A DNA stretch of 64,000 nucleotides from a virus (lineage: Duplodnaviria; Caudoviricetes), in IMG/VR virus record IMGVR_UViG_3300017492_000028, positions 8,983 to 72,982 of that record. One strand, 5' to 3'. Position 1 is the first letter of the stretch. Each line of letters begins with the position of its first letter. A program made the translations under genes and the position numbers. Below are positions 10,876-21,941 of the stretch, in pieces. The notes under the pieces were generated by a model. It saw only the letters and a program-made list of their open reading frames with translations, searched no databases and was not told the origin of the DNA.

Positions 10876-13194
10876 TTAAAACAATCTAAGAGAATTTAAT
10901 GTTTGTCTCTTTCTAAGCATATCATTATTATATTTCTTTCTTGCATTGGAATATGCAGTTGTATCAAGAACACCGTCTTTCATATAATCTTCTTTGTTAG
11001 GTTCTTTGATATTGTTATAATAACTCCAATCATCAACAAGAGAATTATATAATCTATTACGCATATCCTTGCTAAATGGAACACCCATACTTGCTAATCT
11101 TGCAGGAGTACCATGCTCAGAACCAGCAAGTAACACTGCCTTAGCAATATCGCCTTCATATCTATCAGTGCCAGATTGCAAAAAATTAGTAACAGCATTA
11201 CTTAACCCACTAAAGCTTGCATTAAGTGCTTTTGCTCTAGCAAGTTTATAAGCATTATTTTGGTCTTGTTCTCTATTCTTAATCTCTGCAACATCTTTAG
11301 ACCACTGATTACGAGCAGCAGCATTTCTACTACGAACAGCTTGTTCATTTTCAGCTTGTCTATTCCTAAGTTCAGCTTCTTTATTAAATTTGGTATCCCA
11401 AAGTTTGTTAGCTTCTATTGCAGTATTTGTATTATTTGTCTGCATAGCATTTTGAGCAGCCTGCGAGCTAACGGTATTAGAAGCAATAGCTCTATTATTA
11501 TTAAGTCTTGCTCTTTCAAGTTCCGCAAGTTGAGCACCAATTCTATATCTTGTATCAAACGGCACTGCCATTTCACTTACAAACTGTGGTGTCTGATAAT
11601 CTGCTTTAAGATTCTTATAAGCATTTGCATTAAACAATCCAAGACTTAATGAACCTAGTGTATCAACTCCTAGTTTTAGATAATCAGAATAATTAAATCT
11701 AGCTCCCCATTTATTATCCTTTACAGGTCGCTTTTTAAAATCTTCTGTTTTATCATCTGTTGGTGTATCAGCAGATTTTTCTTTTGCAGAAAGTTGAGGA
11801 TAATCTTTTGCTGTTAAAGCGTTACCATTAATATCACAACCATATATATTCCAATTTTTATTATCATTATAGCCAACAAGTGCTTTAGGTCTTCCACCAT
11901 ATCGCATTGCTATCCTTAATTTCTCTACAGGGCGTCTATATAAAAGTGGCACTTCATCTTCAAGTACTTCACCACCATTACGCTTTTTAGTTCCGTCATC
12001 ATTAATACCATACATTTGTTTATATAACTCTTGCATAGCAAAAACTTGACTAGGGTTAGCGCCATTAATAACTGCATCAGCTGGACTTATACCATTAAAT
12101 ATAGGCTGAGCAGAGAATATCTTAACATTGGTTGGAGTCTTTTGCATAACCTCGTTATTCTCTGCCTCTATTTCTTTATTACCTACTTTAATGCCAATAC
12201 CAGTTTTACCATTATGCACTTGTTCATGGGTAGCCCCCCGTAGAAGAGATAGATGATTATGACCGAGTGGCATAGCTACTCCTCCGTCTATAACTTTTGT
12301 ATTACTACCTTGCTTGCTACCACCATTTCTATATGTAAGCTCTGGAGCAAAATCAGATTCATTATAACCTGACATGAAACTATTAAAAGCATTGCTTCTG
12401 CTCATTGCAGTAGTTCTCTCTGCGTTTTCCATAGCTTCTTTATTCTTTCTTCTTTGTTCACGAAGAATAGCTTTCTTTTTAGAATTAGCAGAAATCAATG
12501 CACCAGCTCCACTAATTAAAGAACCAAGAAATGCACGATTTCTTGGATAACGTCTAAGTATGCCATAACGAGCAACCATTGGTTTATCTGATAGAATAGT
12601 GGAGCTCATTAAACCACTTGTAGGATTACTAGTTTGTATGCCACTATTACCAGCATCCATATTAGTGTCAGTGCTTGTAGGTGTTGTAGAATCGGATGAA
12701 TTATCATTGCTATCATCACCGTTATTATCACTACCGTCTTTCTTTTTAAACAAACTTCCAATTTTACCTGTAAGCCAACTGTCAATTCCACTATTTGTAA
12801 CAGCTGCGCCAACGCCTTGAGTAAATGCTCCCCAAAAATCTCCACCCATTCCAAGATGAGGTCTAATAGTGCTCAATCCACCATTAGGTAAATCTGGTTG
12901 ACCAAATGTTGTAGGCATAGCTTGTTGCTGTGCTTGTGCATCTTTAGCTTTTTGTGCAGCAGCTTGTTGTGCAAGACTACCTTGTTTGCTGCCTTGAGAT
13001 GCTTGTAATTGCGCTGCTGCCATATTAGCTTGATTGACACGTTCATCTGCGTCAGCTTGCTTTTGTGCTCCAGCTACTTTAGAACCAGCTATTGCGTTCA
13101 TTGCGGCACCAGCTATTTGGCTTGCCGCATTTACAGCCATACCAATAAAAGCCTTATCTCTTCTACCACCATATTTTAATCTTCTGTGGTTCAT
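10876..13194 (-). CDS. Putative virion cargo protein with repeated [RK]-[YN]-GG motifs
   Basis: 772 aa; low-complexity A/Q and D/S/N tracts, amphipathic Gly/Ala segments, recurring YGG/NGG. Confidence 0.55.
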   Translation of the reverse strand: MNHRRLKYGGRRDKAFIGMAVNAASQIAGAAMNAIAGSKVAGAQKQADADERVNQANMAAAQLQASQGSKQGSLAQQAAAQKAKDAQAQQQAMPTTFGQPDLPNGGLSTIRPHLGMGGDFWGAFTQGVGAAVTNSGIDSWLTGKIGSLFKKKDGSDNNGDDSNDNSSDSTTPTSTDTNMDAGNSGIQTSNPTSGLMSSTILSDKPMVARYGILRRYPRNRAFLGSLISGAGALISANSKKKAILREQRRKNKEAMENAERTTAMSRSNAFNSFMSGYNESDFAPELTYRNGGSKQGSNTKVIDGGVAMPLGHNHLSLLRGATHEQVHNGKTGIGIKVGNKEIEAENNEVMQKTPTNVKIFSAQPIFNGISPADAVINGANPSQVFAMQELYKQMYGINDDGTKKRNGGEVLEDEVPLLYRRPVEKLRIAMRYGGRPKALVGYNDNKNWNIYGCDINGNALTAKDYPQLSAKEKSADTPTDDKTEDFKKRPVKDNKWGARFNYSDYLKLGVDTLGSLSLGLFNANAYKNLKADYQTPQFVSEMAVPFDTRYRIGAQLAELERARLNNNRAIASNTVSSQAAQNAMQTNNTNTAIEANKLWDTKFNKEAELRNRQAENEQAVRSRNAAARNQWSKDVAEIKNREQDQNNAYKLARAKALNASFSGLSNAVTNFLQSGTDRYEGDIAKAVLLAGSEHGTPARLASMGVPFSKDMRNRLYNSLVDDWSYYNNIKEPNKEDYMKDGVLDTTAYSNARKKYNNDMLRKRQTLNSLRLF

Positions 13195-13195
13195 A

Positions 13196-16100
13196 TTAAT
13201 ATTGATTTAAGTTTATATTTAATGTTTCTAGCATAAAATCTTTGCGTCTGTCAATTATCAAACGCACGACTATATATTTACCGTATATTACTGATTTATT
13301 ATCAGAGCCTTTAAGTTCATCATCAGTTTTCTTTAATGCTTGTTGCTTGCGCAATTCTTCCATTGATATTTCTTTTGTAATGAAATTACCATTTTCGTCT
13401 TGCGCGACAATAGTTGTTTTTAATTCTTCTACATTGTTTACTTCTAAATCATCTGTTGACAATCTGTTTCTGAAGTAATTAATATTCCATGTACCTTTAT
13501 TATAGAACGGATATTTATAATTATTCATTACATTTATATTCTTATTATCAACATAAATGTCAAGCAAACCGCTATAACAACTATCACTGTAAACAGTCAA
13601 AGCATTTCCGCTATATTTTCTGTATCTGTCAACATTGTCAAACATACCAAGAGATTTATCTATCGTATTAAGTATGTAATTAATACTTTCAATACACTTG
13701 GTTGTTTCATAAGCATTATTGACAATAACATCTACATAAGATGCAAATACTCCATCAACCTTAAACGAAGGAATATAGCTATGCTCTGTATCTGTAAGTT
13801 CAAGATAATCATAACTGTTTTTATCAAATACAAACAGTTTATTATTAGCTTTTACTTCATTATACAAATAAAGTTTATTATATGTATTATAACCACGAGT
13901 AAATGAAAAATCATGCAAACTTATATATTTATGCAGATTTAAATCATAACTAAGAGTTATTGTTTGACACATTGATAACTCGCGTTTGGCACTACCATTT
14001 GGAACATACCAAATACATATTAGTAACCTGTTTGTAAAATCATAAGCAAATCTAACACTTACAATATCAAGTTTTTTAAGAAATTGGTCTATATCAGATG
14101 ACAATATCTTAGGTGTGCTTTCATCAAATCTAAATATATTCTTTGTAAGGTGGTCATACCAAATATATCCAGCAGGACAAAGAAGACAATCATAATTATC
14201 TTGTAATCCACCCCAACCATTTTGCGTTGGAAACAACTCTGAATATTGTACATCAAATGTATCTTTTATTTCTGGAGTAAGTTTTGATGAAAGACGTGGA
14301 GACCTATCAAATTGAAATATAGAATTTTCAGTATGAATTAACAACGTAGTACCAACACCGATAATGTTTGTAATTTCTCCTTTGTTTTCATGTATAATTC
14401 TATATTGGTCTGTTTCAAATTGTCTAAATCTATTTTCATAGCTTTCATCACTTATTTGATTACTTCTCCAAATGGTTGTTGGGAATGTATTAAGATATTG
14501 CTGTTCTCTATAATTAGTGTACGTTTTACTTGGTTTAGCAGTATATGCTGCCTGTATTTCAAGAAAATCACCAATTTTATTTGGAAGAATTACATTACTT
14601 GTATATGTACCAATAAGTTTATTACTTGCATCTATAAACGTTTGTTGTATAATTTCATAATCCTGTTTTACATTATAAGTATAAATTGGAATATCACTAT
14701 AAACATAATCTGTAGCATTTGCTATATCATAATCAACTTGTGATTGCGATAAAGAAGTAATACTAAGACTATCTGCATTTGCTATAATATTTTGCGCATA
14801 AAGAATACTAACTTCTCTATTTATAAATCCATGCAAATATTCATTAGTCCAATTATGCTTTTTCTTAGTAAAATAACGAGGAGTTAATTGATATAATGTT
14901 TTTACATCGTTTTTATATTCAACATCTTTTGTTGTATAAATTATATCCCCATCGGTAGCATTAACGGATTCTACTTCTATAGCATTTTCTGATAATTTAT
15001 TAAACTTATCATATTTATAAGTTACAGTTGTTGTAGTTCCAGCCGTGCCTCCAGCAATATTTGGAAAATGATAAATTAAATCATCATATATTACTCTGCA
15101 ATTAGTGAAGTAATAACTACTGTCTATTTGAGTATAAATATTCCAATTAACAGATTTAATTATATCTTCATAAGTATAAAAATAACCTATATAATTATCA
15201 TTATAATATTTCTCATTATCAGCTGTAAACTTATATATTGTATTTGGATTACATTCTCTTACAAGTGTTTCACATGTTACAGGATAACCAAGTGTTACAG
15301 TATAATCAGAACGTATAAAATGCTTGAATATATTATAATTCTGATAAGGCAGGAGTGTACGAGGTATGTTTATATTATCAGTAACTTTATACTTGCTTGG
15401 TACATTAGTTATGTTTACATTATTTTTAATGCTATCAGCTTTTTCATTTTTATCTTCCTTTAATGATATTTCAGCACTACATTTAAGTTTTGCATTACTA
15501 AATTTAGCAGGTTGATATTCCCAAGCATGAGTATTCGTAGAAAGAGTTTTATCTGCATTTTGATAAATTAAACGTGGAACCCATCTATCCCAAGCCTCTT
15601 TACGGTCACCTTTTTTATTCATCTTAAACTGTTCTGAAGCAAGATATATAGTTTCACCGTCTAGAGTTGCATTTCTAGCACCACTTAAATGTAAAGCTCT
15701 ATATGATAAGGCAACAGTCATATTATAATTATTAACTGATGTGAGAAACACAGCTTGAGGGGCTGAAGTGCCGTATTTCATAGCTCGTAATGGGGCTATA
15801 GCATTATGATGTTTGCCTACAACTTGTGCAAAAGTTTTATCTAATAATGCTACTTCATTATCTTTGTTAACATATAATTCAAAAGCTGGAATAGGATTTG
15901 TTTCTGCATCACTTTTATCACGACTATATGTTTCACAGGCATTTTTATAATTAGAATCAAGATTACTATTCCAAACTAATTCATCTATGTCTGGATAATC
16001 TAGATTCTCGCTATATAACATTTTTCCTTGAAATATATTATCATCATTATTTGTTTTTGCATCAACATCCGCTTTTACATAATCAGCACATTTATCTGAT

Positions 16101-17692
16101 AACTTAGTCATAGTTCTAACTTTACCATTCCACCATAATACAATTCCTGTAGGAGTACTACGTCTAGAACAAACACTAAGCAAAACTGAAAGTTTAACTA
16201 TAACGTTTTTATCAGCATCATCGCTACTTTTACCGGGATTTTCTTGACAATATATTTGATCGCAAGCATAAGCACCATTTACAAGATTCTCTAGTTTATT
16301 AGCATCATTTTGTGATGCAGAATTATCAGAATAATCTATAACATAATTACTGAACATTTCATTAAATATGTCATAGACATCACTAGGATTAACTTGATAC
16401 CAAGTACCGATTAATCCATAATCATCCAATCCTGTAACTTTACTAATTTCTACAGTTTTTTCTAGTGATATATTATCACTATGATACATGAAATCAAAAT
16501 ATAAAGTAACAGTATCATTATTTATATTTCCTGTATTTATAGAATTATTATAGTAAGTAGTAGTTTTATCAGCTGTTGCTCCCGTTTCAAGATAACCCTC
16601 TACTTCAGATTTCGTTTCATCATAATGTGTAAAATAATTAGCACAATATAATCTATTACTATAATTGCATAATGATTTTACATTAAATATTGCAGACGGA
16701 GAACGTAATAAATCATCTATAGAAACTTCTGTGATATATTCATTATTATATAAAGAAAATTGCAAAAAGTTATCTGTCAGCTTTAAATCAAGAAAATATC
16801 TACCAACTACATTTGCTTCATGTTTAAATATGTAAGCAACTTCAGCAACACTATATTTCCAGCTTTCATCAATATTTTCTAATTGTATTGTTATTAAATA
16901 AGGACTATATCCCTCTTTATTAACAATATATGATTTGAACTTTTGAGTATTAGCACTATCGAGAGCAAATCCTATCTGATAAAAATGCTTTGGCTTTTTC
17001 TTTTGATTATTATTAGTAATTATAATATCATCGGTTAATTGAAACCAATTAGTATAATCATAATTATTAATTTTAAATCTGATAAAGAAAGTATATACAC
17101 CTGTTATAAGATTTCCACCATTTCTAATATATCTATCAATATTAAATCTTGGAATATCAGGATTTATTTTGAGTATATTATTATCATTATATTTAACTAA
17201 TCCATTAGAACTTTGCTCTTCATAATCATCATTTGTAATAAGCGTCCAAGAGCGTAATGGATATTTTGTATAATTGGTTTTATCGCAGTCTTCTGCATAT
17301 TCACAAACAGCAACAATATATCTGCCAGCAGGGTCAGTTGTATAATCACCAATAAATCTTGTATTGCCTACATGTTTCCAATCATGTTCGCACTCATTAA
17401 TAGTACGTTTGCCATTTGTATCAATTTCATTATTTACAATATAGATATGACTTTTGTCATTATCCTCGTCATAAGTAAATATAATTAGGTCTTTTACTGT
17501 TGGTATCACTCCAACAATATAACCCTCGATTTTACTATCATTAATAAGATTGGCAAGCACATCTTTAAAACCAGGCTCTCGTATGATATTTATAGTATCA
17601 GAGTCTATACAAATATTCCTAGCGGCAACAAGACTACCGTTAGGAACTGATTTATATGATTTACCAAGTGAAAGTTCTTTATTTATATCCAT
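13196..17692 (-). CDS. Tail muzzle / tail stabilisation protein (P22 gp10-like)
   Basis: 1498 aa beta-rich protein; N-terminus SLGKSYKSVPNGSLVAARNI resembles crAss muzzle proteins; directly upstream of the cargo genes. Confidence 0.65.
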   Translation of the reverse strand: MDINKELSLGKSYKSVPNGSLVAARNICIDSDTINIIREPGFKDVLANLINDSKIEGYIVGVIPTVKDLIIFTYDEDNDKSHIYIVNNEIDTNGKRTINECEHDWKHVGNTRFIGDYTTDPAGRYIVAVCEYAEDCDKTNYTKYPLRSWTLITNDDYEEQSSNGLVKYNDNNILKINPDIPRFNIDRYIRNGGNLITGVYTFFIRFKINNYDYTNWFQLTDDIIITNNNQKKKPKHFYQIGFALDSANTQKFKSYIVNKEGYSPYLITIQLENIDESWKYSVAEVAYIFKHEANVVGRYFLDLKLTDNFLQFSLYNNEYITEVSIDDLLRSPSAIFNVKSLCNYSNRLYCANYFTHYDETKSEVEGYLETGATADKTTTYYNNSINTGNINNDTVTLYFDFMYHSDNISLEKTVEISKVTGLDDYGLIGTWYQVNPSDVYDIFNEMFSNYVIDYSDNSASQNDANKLENLVNGAYACDQIYCQENPGKSSDDADKNVIVKLSVLLSVCSRRSTPTGIVLWWNGKVRTMTKLSDKCADYVKADVDAKTNNDDNIFQGKMLYSENLDYPDIDELVWNSNLDSNYKNACETYSRDKSDAETNPIPAFELYVNKDNEVALLDKTFAQVVGKHHNAIAPLRAMKYGTSAPQAVFLTSVNNYNMTVALSYRALHLSGARNATLDGETIYLASEQFKMNKKGDRKEAWDRWVPRLIYQNADKTLSTNTHAWEYQPAKFSNAKLKCSAEISLKEDKNEKADSIKNNVNITNVPSKYKVTDNINIPRTLLPYQNYNIFKHFIRSDYTVTLGYPVTCETLVRECNPNTIYKFTADNEKYYNDNYIGYFYTYEDIIKSVNWNIYTQIDSSYYFTNCRVIYDDLIYHFPNIAGGTAGTTTTVTYKYDKFNKLSENAIEVESVNATDGDIIYTTKDVEYKNDVKTLYQLTPRYFTKKKHNWTNEYLHGFINREVSILYAQNIIANADSLSITSLSQSQVDYDIANATDYVYSDIPIYTYNVKQDYEIIQQTFIDASNKLIGTYTSNVILPNKIGDFLEIQAAYTAKPSKTYTNYREQQYLNTFPTTIWRSNQISDESYENRFRQFETDQYRIIHENKGEITNIIGVGTTLLIHTENSIFQFDRSPRLSSKLTPEIKDTFDVQYSELFPTQNGWGGLQDNYDCLLCPAGYIWYDHLTKNIFRFDESTPKILSSDIDQFLKKLDIVSVRFAYDFTNRLLICIWYVPNGSAKRELSMCQTITLSYDLNLHKYISLHDFSFTRGYNTYNKLYLYNEVKANNKLFVFDKNSYDYLELTDTEHSYIPSFKVDGVFASYVDVIVNNAYETTKCIESINYILNTIDKSLGMFDNVDRYRKYSGNALTVYSDSCYSGLLDIYVDNKNINVMNNYKYPFYNKGTWNINYFRNRLSTDDLEVNNVEELKTTIVAQDENGNFITKEISMEELRKQQALKKTDDELKGSDNKSVIYGKYIVVRLIIDRRKDFMLETLNINLNQY

Positions 17693-17695
17693 ACT

Positions 17696-18532
17696 TTAAT
17701 TATTTCTTGGGTCAAATGTACTATTATAAAAGAAATTGCGCCAACCCTCATCTTTATTCATTTTAGCTTTTGCAGAAGCAGCAGCTTTCGGTCTAAGGGT
17801 ATTCCACTGTAAATAAGGATTTGTAACAGGTGAATTAGATTTTAAATCATATACAGGATGATGACTACCTCTACTAAGGTGTTTAAATAGAATATACCAT
17901 GCTAGTGCTTCTAGCAAAAGACCATCATCATAAATATACGGAACTTCACAATTAAAATAATCATCATAATAAGTAGCAACTTCGTTTGTTTCAACTGTGA
18001 TACTATCTGTATCAAAGTTTAACTCAATGCTATTTCCAGAAACAACAAAGTTTCTACTTGAATCATTAGATATTACACTTGCTACTCGCATAAAATTAGT
18101 CCCTGTAGTATTGGTGTCATCAATAATAGCAATGACATCTTCACTAGTTTGTGTGGAACCCCCCGTAGAAGAATTGTTGCATGAACAATTACTTGATGAG
18201 CTATCATTAGCTGCTTCTATTTCACAGCCATTTTCATCATATACCTTAATGTCATTAGCATCTAATGAACAAGGAAATGTAGCAATTTTATCTGTAACCT
18301 CAAGAGTACGTTTCTTACGTTCTCTAGGCAAACATTTCATTTGGCTAAGAGCGTCTATAACCCATGCAGCACAACGCGGTATCCAATCACTTTCACTAAT
18401 ATTAAAGTCATTATCTACCTTCGCTACAAGCCTTTGCATACTTATATATGTATTGATTTTCATTTCTAATAAATTTAGTATATTCCTGTGGATAACGTTT
18501 AAGATATAATGTAAGTTTCTTTGCAATGTCAA
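17696..18532 (-). CDS. Tail ring/tubular protein (true start probably MKINTY, near 18463)
   Basis: 278 aa; synteny with the crAss tail ring genes next to the muzzle. Confidence 0.5.
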   Translation of the reverse strand: MTLQRNLHYILNVIHRNILNLLEMKINTYISMQRLVAKVDNDFNISESDWIPRCAAWVIDALSQMKCLPRERKKRTLEVTDKIATFPCSLDANDIKVYDENGCEIEAANDSSSSNCSCNNSSTGGSTQTSEDVIAIIDDTNTTGTNFMRVASVISNDSSRNFVVSGNSIELNFDTDSITVETNEVATYYDDYFNCEVPYIYDDGLLLEALAWYILFKHLSRGSHHPVYDLKSNSPVTNPYLQWNTLRPKAAASAKAKMNKDEGWRNFFYNSTFDPRNN

Positions 18533-19358
18533 GTGGAAGATTTAATATATCATCTTTGGTTTTGCAAGTTGCAAGTATTTCATCATACGACATATTTTTA
18601 TAATTACGACCAATATATTCTGTACGGAATATTTTTACTGAATGTCCATGAGTTACTCTACAATTTATTAATATTAGCTCATACGCATGATCTCCTGTAA
18701 GATAAATACGTGGGTCTTCTGCGTCATATTCAATGCCATATTTCTTGCACCAAAGATATGTTTCTCTATCCCAAACTTTACCACCATTAGCTTTTATTTC
18801 TGCTTTTCGTTTATTTGTTTCTCGAAAATTTATTGCCTTACGATTACCTTTTAGTTTGAATCGATTAAACAACATACATCCAAGCATACCACTCATTACA
18901 TATCCATTTCCATTATCAATCATCTCTTTGTGAACCTGCGAATAATATACACGAAGAATATCTCTATACTTAAAATAATCCAAGTCATATTTCTTTTCTT
19001 CTAACGCAAGTTTATCTTCATCCTCTTTAAGAGCTTTTTGAAAAGAAGCTAATTTATAAATATCTAGTAGTTCCATTACTACTTGATATTGATTTTTCTT
19101 ATTCATAAAAAGAGCTTTAGCTGCTTTAAGGAATGTACCGTCTGTATATTTATTATCTTGATACTCGTCATAGTCATAAGGGTTAAAATGATAGTGAGTA
19201 TTTACAAAATCAGTACTTTTCTCTACTTTAGCTTTAAGTTCTTCTATTCTATTTTCTAGTGCCTGTATTTTCTCTTTGTATCTTTTAATTGTGATTTTGG
19301 CTCTAATATGAAACCATTTATAATAATCACTAATACCTATAGGCAGTTCTTCAATCAT
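18411..19358 (-). CDS. Conserved crAss protein with IHF/HU-like C-terminal region
   Basis: 315 aa, basic; GYVMSGMLGCML...INFRETNKRK resembles the IHF-like genes found in this locus of crAss-like phages. Confidence 0.45.
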   Translation of the reverse strand: MIEELPIGISDYYKWFHIRAKITIKRYKEKIQALENRIEELKAKVEKSTDFVNTHYHFNPYDYDEYQDNKYTDGTFLKAAKALFMNKKNQYQVVMELLDIYKLASFQKALKEDEDKLALEEKKYDLDYFKYRDILRVYYSQVHKEMIDNGNGYVMSGMLGCMLFNRFKLKGNRKAINFRETNKRKAEIKANGGKVWDRETYLWCKKYGIEYDAEDPRIYLTGDHAYELILINCRVTHGHSVKIFRTEYIGRNYKNMSYDEILATCKTKDDILNLPLDIAKKLTLYLKRYPQEYTKFIRNENQYIYKYAKACSEGR

Positions 19359-19361
19359 ACT

Positions 19362-20051
19362 TTAATTGAATTTAATATTATTTTGAATCTCATCTGTTTC
19401 ACGATGAGTTTGTACCAAATTACGCTTATATATAATTTCTGTAATCTGACCTATCATATCCTCTGGGAGAAGCCATTCATTTTCATCCATTGCAATATCC
19501 CATTTATCGGTTTCACCATTATTTGCTTCAATAACATTAGGATGTTCAAAAGCAGACTCAATAACTATTGCTCCCTGCTCAAAAGGATAATTATCAGCAG
19601 GAAATATATAAATAAACCCATTAATATAATCATATCTAGGCATAGCACACATACCCGGCAAACTACTTGTAAACCGTGCAGCTGCTTCTTTAATAAATGG
19701 TATTTCTCGATTCGTTTTATAACCTACTGTAGAAACTCTATCAAATGGCAGATTATTAGTCAAACGAACAGGACGTGGAACTTTTTGTTGTGTTCTTTTA
19801 ATGGTTTCTATATCTGACGTATCAATATCTAATCCGTCAAGATTTGGATCACCGTCAGGAACATCAATAAGACTAACTTTATATCTTTGAGTTAGTCCTT
19901 TATCAACATAACCATGATTTTCATAGCTATGTCTGATAAGCTCGTTTCTTGTATGTATTATAAGGAGCTTAAGATTTTCTCTAAGTGCTCTATTATTAGG
20001 TTGTCCCAGAGAATGACTTAACTCACTTACTAGTTGCGCAATACTAGCCAT
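19362..20051 (-). CDS. Tail tubular/ring protein (P22 gp4-like)
   Basis: 229 aa; ends ENEWLLPEDMIGQITEII, typical of crAss tail ring proteins; synteny. Confidence 0.55.
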   Translation of the reverse strand: MASIAQLVSELSHSLGQPNNRALRENLKLLIIHTRNELIRHSYENHGYVDKGLTQRYKVSLIDVPDGDPNLDGLDIDTSDIETIKRTQQKVPRPVRLTNNLPFDRVSTVGYKTNREIPFIKEAAARFTSSLPGMCAMPRYDYINGFIYIFPADNYPFEQGAIVIESAFEHPNVIEANNGETDKWDIAMDENEWLLPEDMIGQITEIIYKRNLVQTHRETDEIQNNIKFN

Positions 20052-20426
20052 ATATTTATGTTTAAATTGTTATTCAAGAAAACGCTCCACAGAAGCGTTA
20101 TGAAGAAAACTTTAAATCAAAACAAATTACTATCATTAACCCTAAAATTCAAAAATACGAAAACTAATTCAAACTCAATCATTAACATTACTTCTGTGGA
20201 GCGTGGAGATAAACTAACATCATCACTGACATTAATGTTATCCCTATAATAAAAACTCATCGCAAAGACAAATATAGCATTTTTATTTGTACCAACAAAA
20301 CAGCATACTTGAGTATATGGCACTGTGTGCGCACACAATTACAGAAAAATAGCCGTCATAATAGATTAATCGACTGAAAACCAAACGCTTACAAAAATAA
20401 AATTAAACTACTGAAACTATCAGTAC

Positions 20427-20464
20427 AAAATAAAGGAGTATCAATATTGCTATCAATACTCCTT
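20427..20464 (-). terminator. Rho-independent terminator closing the five-gene cassette
   Basis: AAGGAGTATTGATA-GCAA-TATTGATACTCCTT then TATTTTG on the minus strand. Confidence 0.7.
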
Positions 20465-20475
20465 AAACAAACAAC

Positions 20476-20940
20476 TTAAAGAACACTATACCAATCTATA
20501 GGCTCACCTTTTCTACACATATCTGCATACCAACGATTAAACGGTAAACCGTCATATCCGTCTGCGTCATCAAGAACATCTCTAATATAATAACATAGAT
20601 GAGCATCATCGGGAATACTACTTCCTAGAAAATCTGCTTTGCACTGATTAGCAAGATAAACATAATCATATAAAACATTATTTTCTAAAGTTACTCCATA
20701 TAAATGAAGTTTTTTGTCAACGTCATCTTTTGTTAATATTTTAATACGATTATTATTTTTATCAGTCATAAGATTAACTGCATAATCACAAAGTTTGTGA
20801 TTGAAATGTCTGCCATTATGACGAAGATAATTAATCATATCTTCAGGAAGTTCATCATATATATCAAGGGAATCTTTACCAATCATATCTATGTGATATA
20901 TTCCTTCTACGGGGGGTATAGTCTGAATTGTCATATTCAC
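20476..20940 (-). CDS. Conserved gut-phage hypothetical protein (cassette gene 5)
   Basis: 154 aa; YLRHNGRHFNHKLCDYAV...YDYVYLANQCKADFLGSSI...DDADGYDG...RWYAD. Confidence 0.6.
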   Translation of the reverse strand: MNMTIQTIPPVEGIYHIDMIGKDSLDIYDELPEDMINYLRHNGRHFNHKLCDYAVNLMTDKNNNRIKILTKDDVDKKLHLYGVTLENNVLYDYVYLANQCKADFLGSSIPDDAHLCYYIRDVLDDADGYDGLPFNRWYADMCRKGEPIDWYSVL

Positions 20941-21070
20941 TCGTATTTCTACTGCGAGAATATGTTTCTTCTTCCATACAATCTTCTATGTCGCAAAGCA
21001 TGTCTTTTATCTTATTAACATACTGTGTAACTTTATTTGTATTACTTCTATGTTCTACCATAATTATCAT
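20876..21070 (-). CDS. Small hypothetical protein (cassette gene 4)
   Basis: 64 aa; stop/start coupled with the upstream gene and overlaps the annotated 5' end of the next ORF. Confidence 0.55.
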   Translation of the reverse strand: MIIMVEHRSNTNKVTQYVNKIKDMLCDIEDCMEEETYSRSRNTSEYDNSDYTPRRRNISHRYDW

Positions 21071-21537
21071 ACTGTTTTATTTTGTTTATTAAACATTTCC
21101 AGCAATTTGTCAAGTTTATTTTCTAGATTATCAATCTTTTCATCACGAGCTTTATCTTTAGCAAATTGTGGATTAAGGTCTTTAAGTATTGCTTCACAAG
21201 CAGTTATATTATCTTTATACATGTCTATATTATTAATAATATCTCTACTATTTTGAAGTAATGCTTCTACTTCATTTTGAAGACCTTGTTTAGTTTCACT
21301 TAAAACTAATTTACCATTATTATAAGTAACACTACTTGCATCACCGGGAATGTTACAATAATCAAATACAGCTCCATTAGTTTTAACTTTAATATTAATT
21401 GTAGGAGTTAATGTGTAACCCCCCGTAGAAGAAATGTTTGATGATTGAACACTTGTTACTTCTCCTATTTTAATTACAGGTTTAGCTGTTTTATCAAGAA
21501 TATAAACAGAATTACCTTGACAAATTGTTGAAAACAT
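21067..21537 (-). CDS. Hypothetical protein with C-terminal coiled coil (cassette gene 3)
   Basis: 156 aa; MFSTICQGNSVYILDK start; tightly packed with neighbours. Confidence 0.65.
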   Translation of the reverse strand: MFSTICQGNSVYILDKTAKPVIKIGEVTSVQSSNISSTGGYTLTPTINIKVKTNGAVFDYCNIPGDASSVTYNNGKLVLSETKQGLQNEVEALLQNSRDIINNIDMYKDNITACEAILKDLNPQFAKDKARDEKIDNLENKLDKLLEMFNKQNKTV

Positions 21538-21539
21538 AA

Positions 21540-21941
21540 TTATACTATTAATTGAAGTTTATTACTTGGTTTATCAAAAAGTAAAATATGAATACCTGCT
21601 GTAAGTGCAGTTACTGCCTCATCATTATTACTTGTTAACGCAAGACTTGAATCATTAACCGTTATATTTATTCCTGTTGCAGTTGTAACAGCTGCACTAA
21701 AATTAACAACAATCAATCCACGAAGTCCTACAAATCTAAAAGTATGATTGGGCATTGTATAAGCTGCATCGGTAGTTGAACTACCAGCACTTGATTGAGT
21801 AGCATTTCCTATTGGAATACCACCTCTATTGCCGATGAACTCATTTGTAATCATATTTACTCCTCCATTAATACCAAAATCCTGTAGCACCTGTACCATA
21901 TATACCATATTGTGCAGCAACACAATTAGGTACTGCAACAA
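21540..21941 (-). CDS. Hypothetical protein (cassette gene 2; real start probably MITNEF)
   Basis: 133-aa ORF; its N-terminal part overlaps the upstream gene. Confidence 0.55.
   Translation of the reverse strand: MLQYLIVLLHNMVYMVQVLQDFGINGGVNMITNEFIGNRGGIPIGNATQSSAGSSTTDAAYTMPNHTFRFVGLRGLIVVNFSAAVTTATGINITVNDSSLALTSNNDEAVTALTAGIHILLFDKPSNKLQLIV

Noticed and set aside
20117-20338. 73-aa ORF in the gap after the five-gene cassette
   Set aside because: It lies just downstream of a terminator with a weak start context and atypical composition; more likely non-coding leader for the tail genes.
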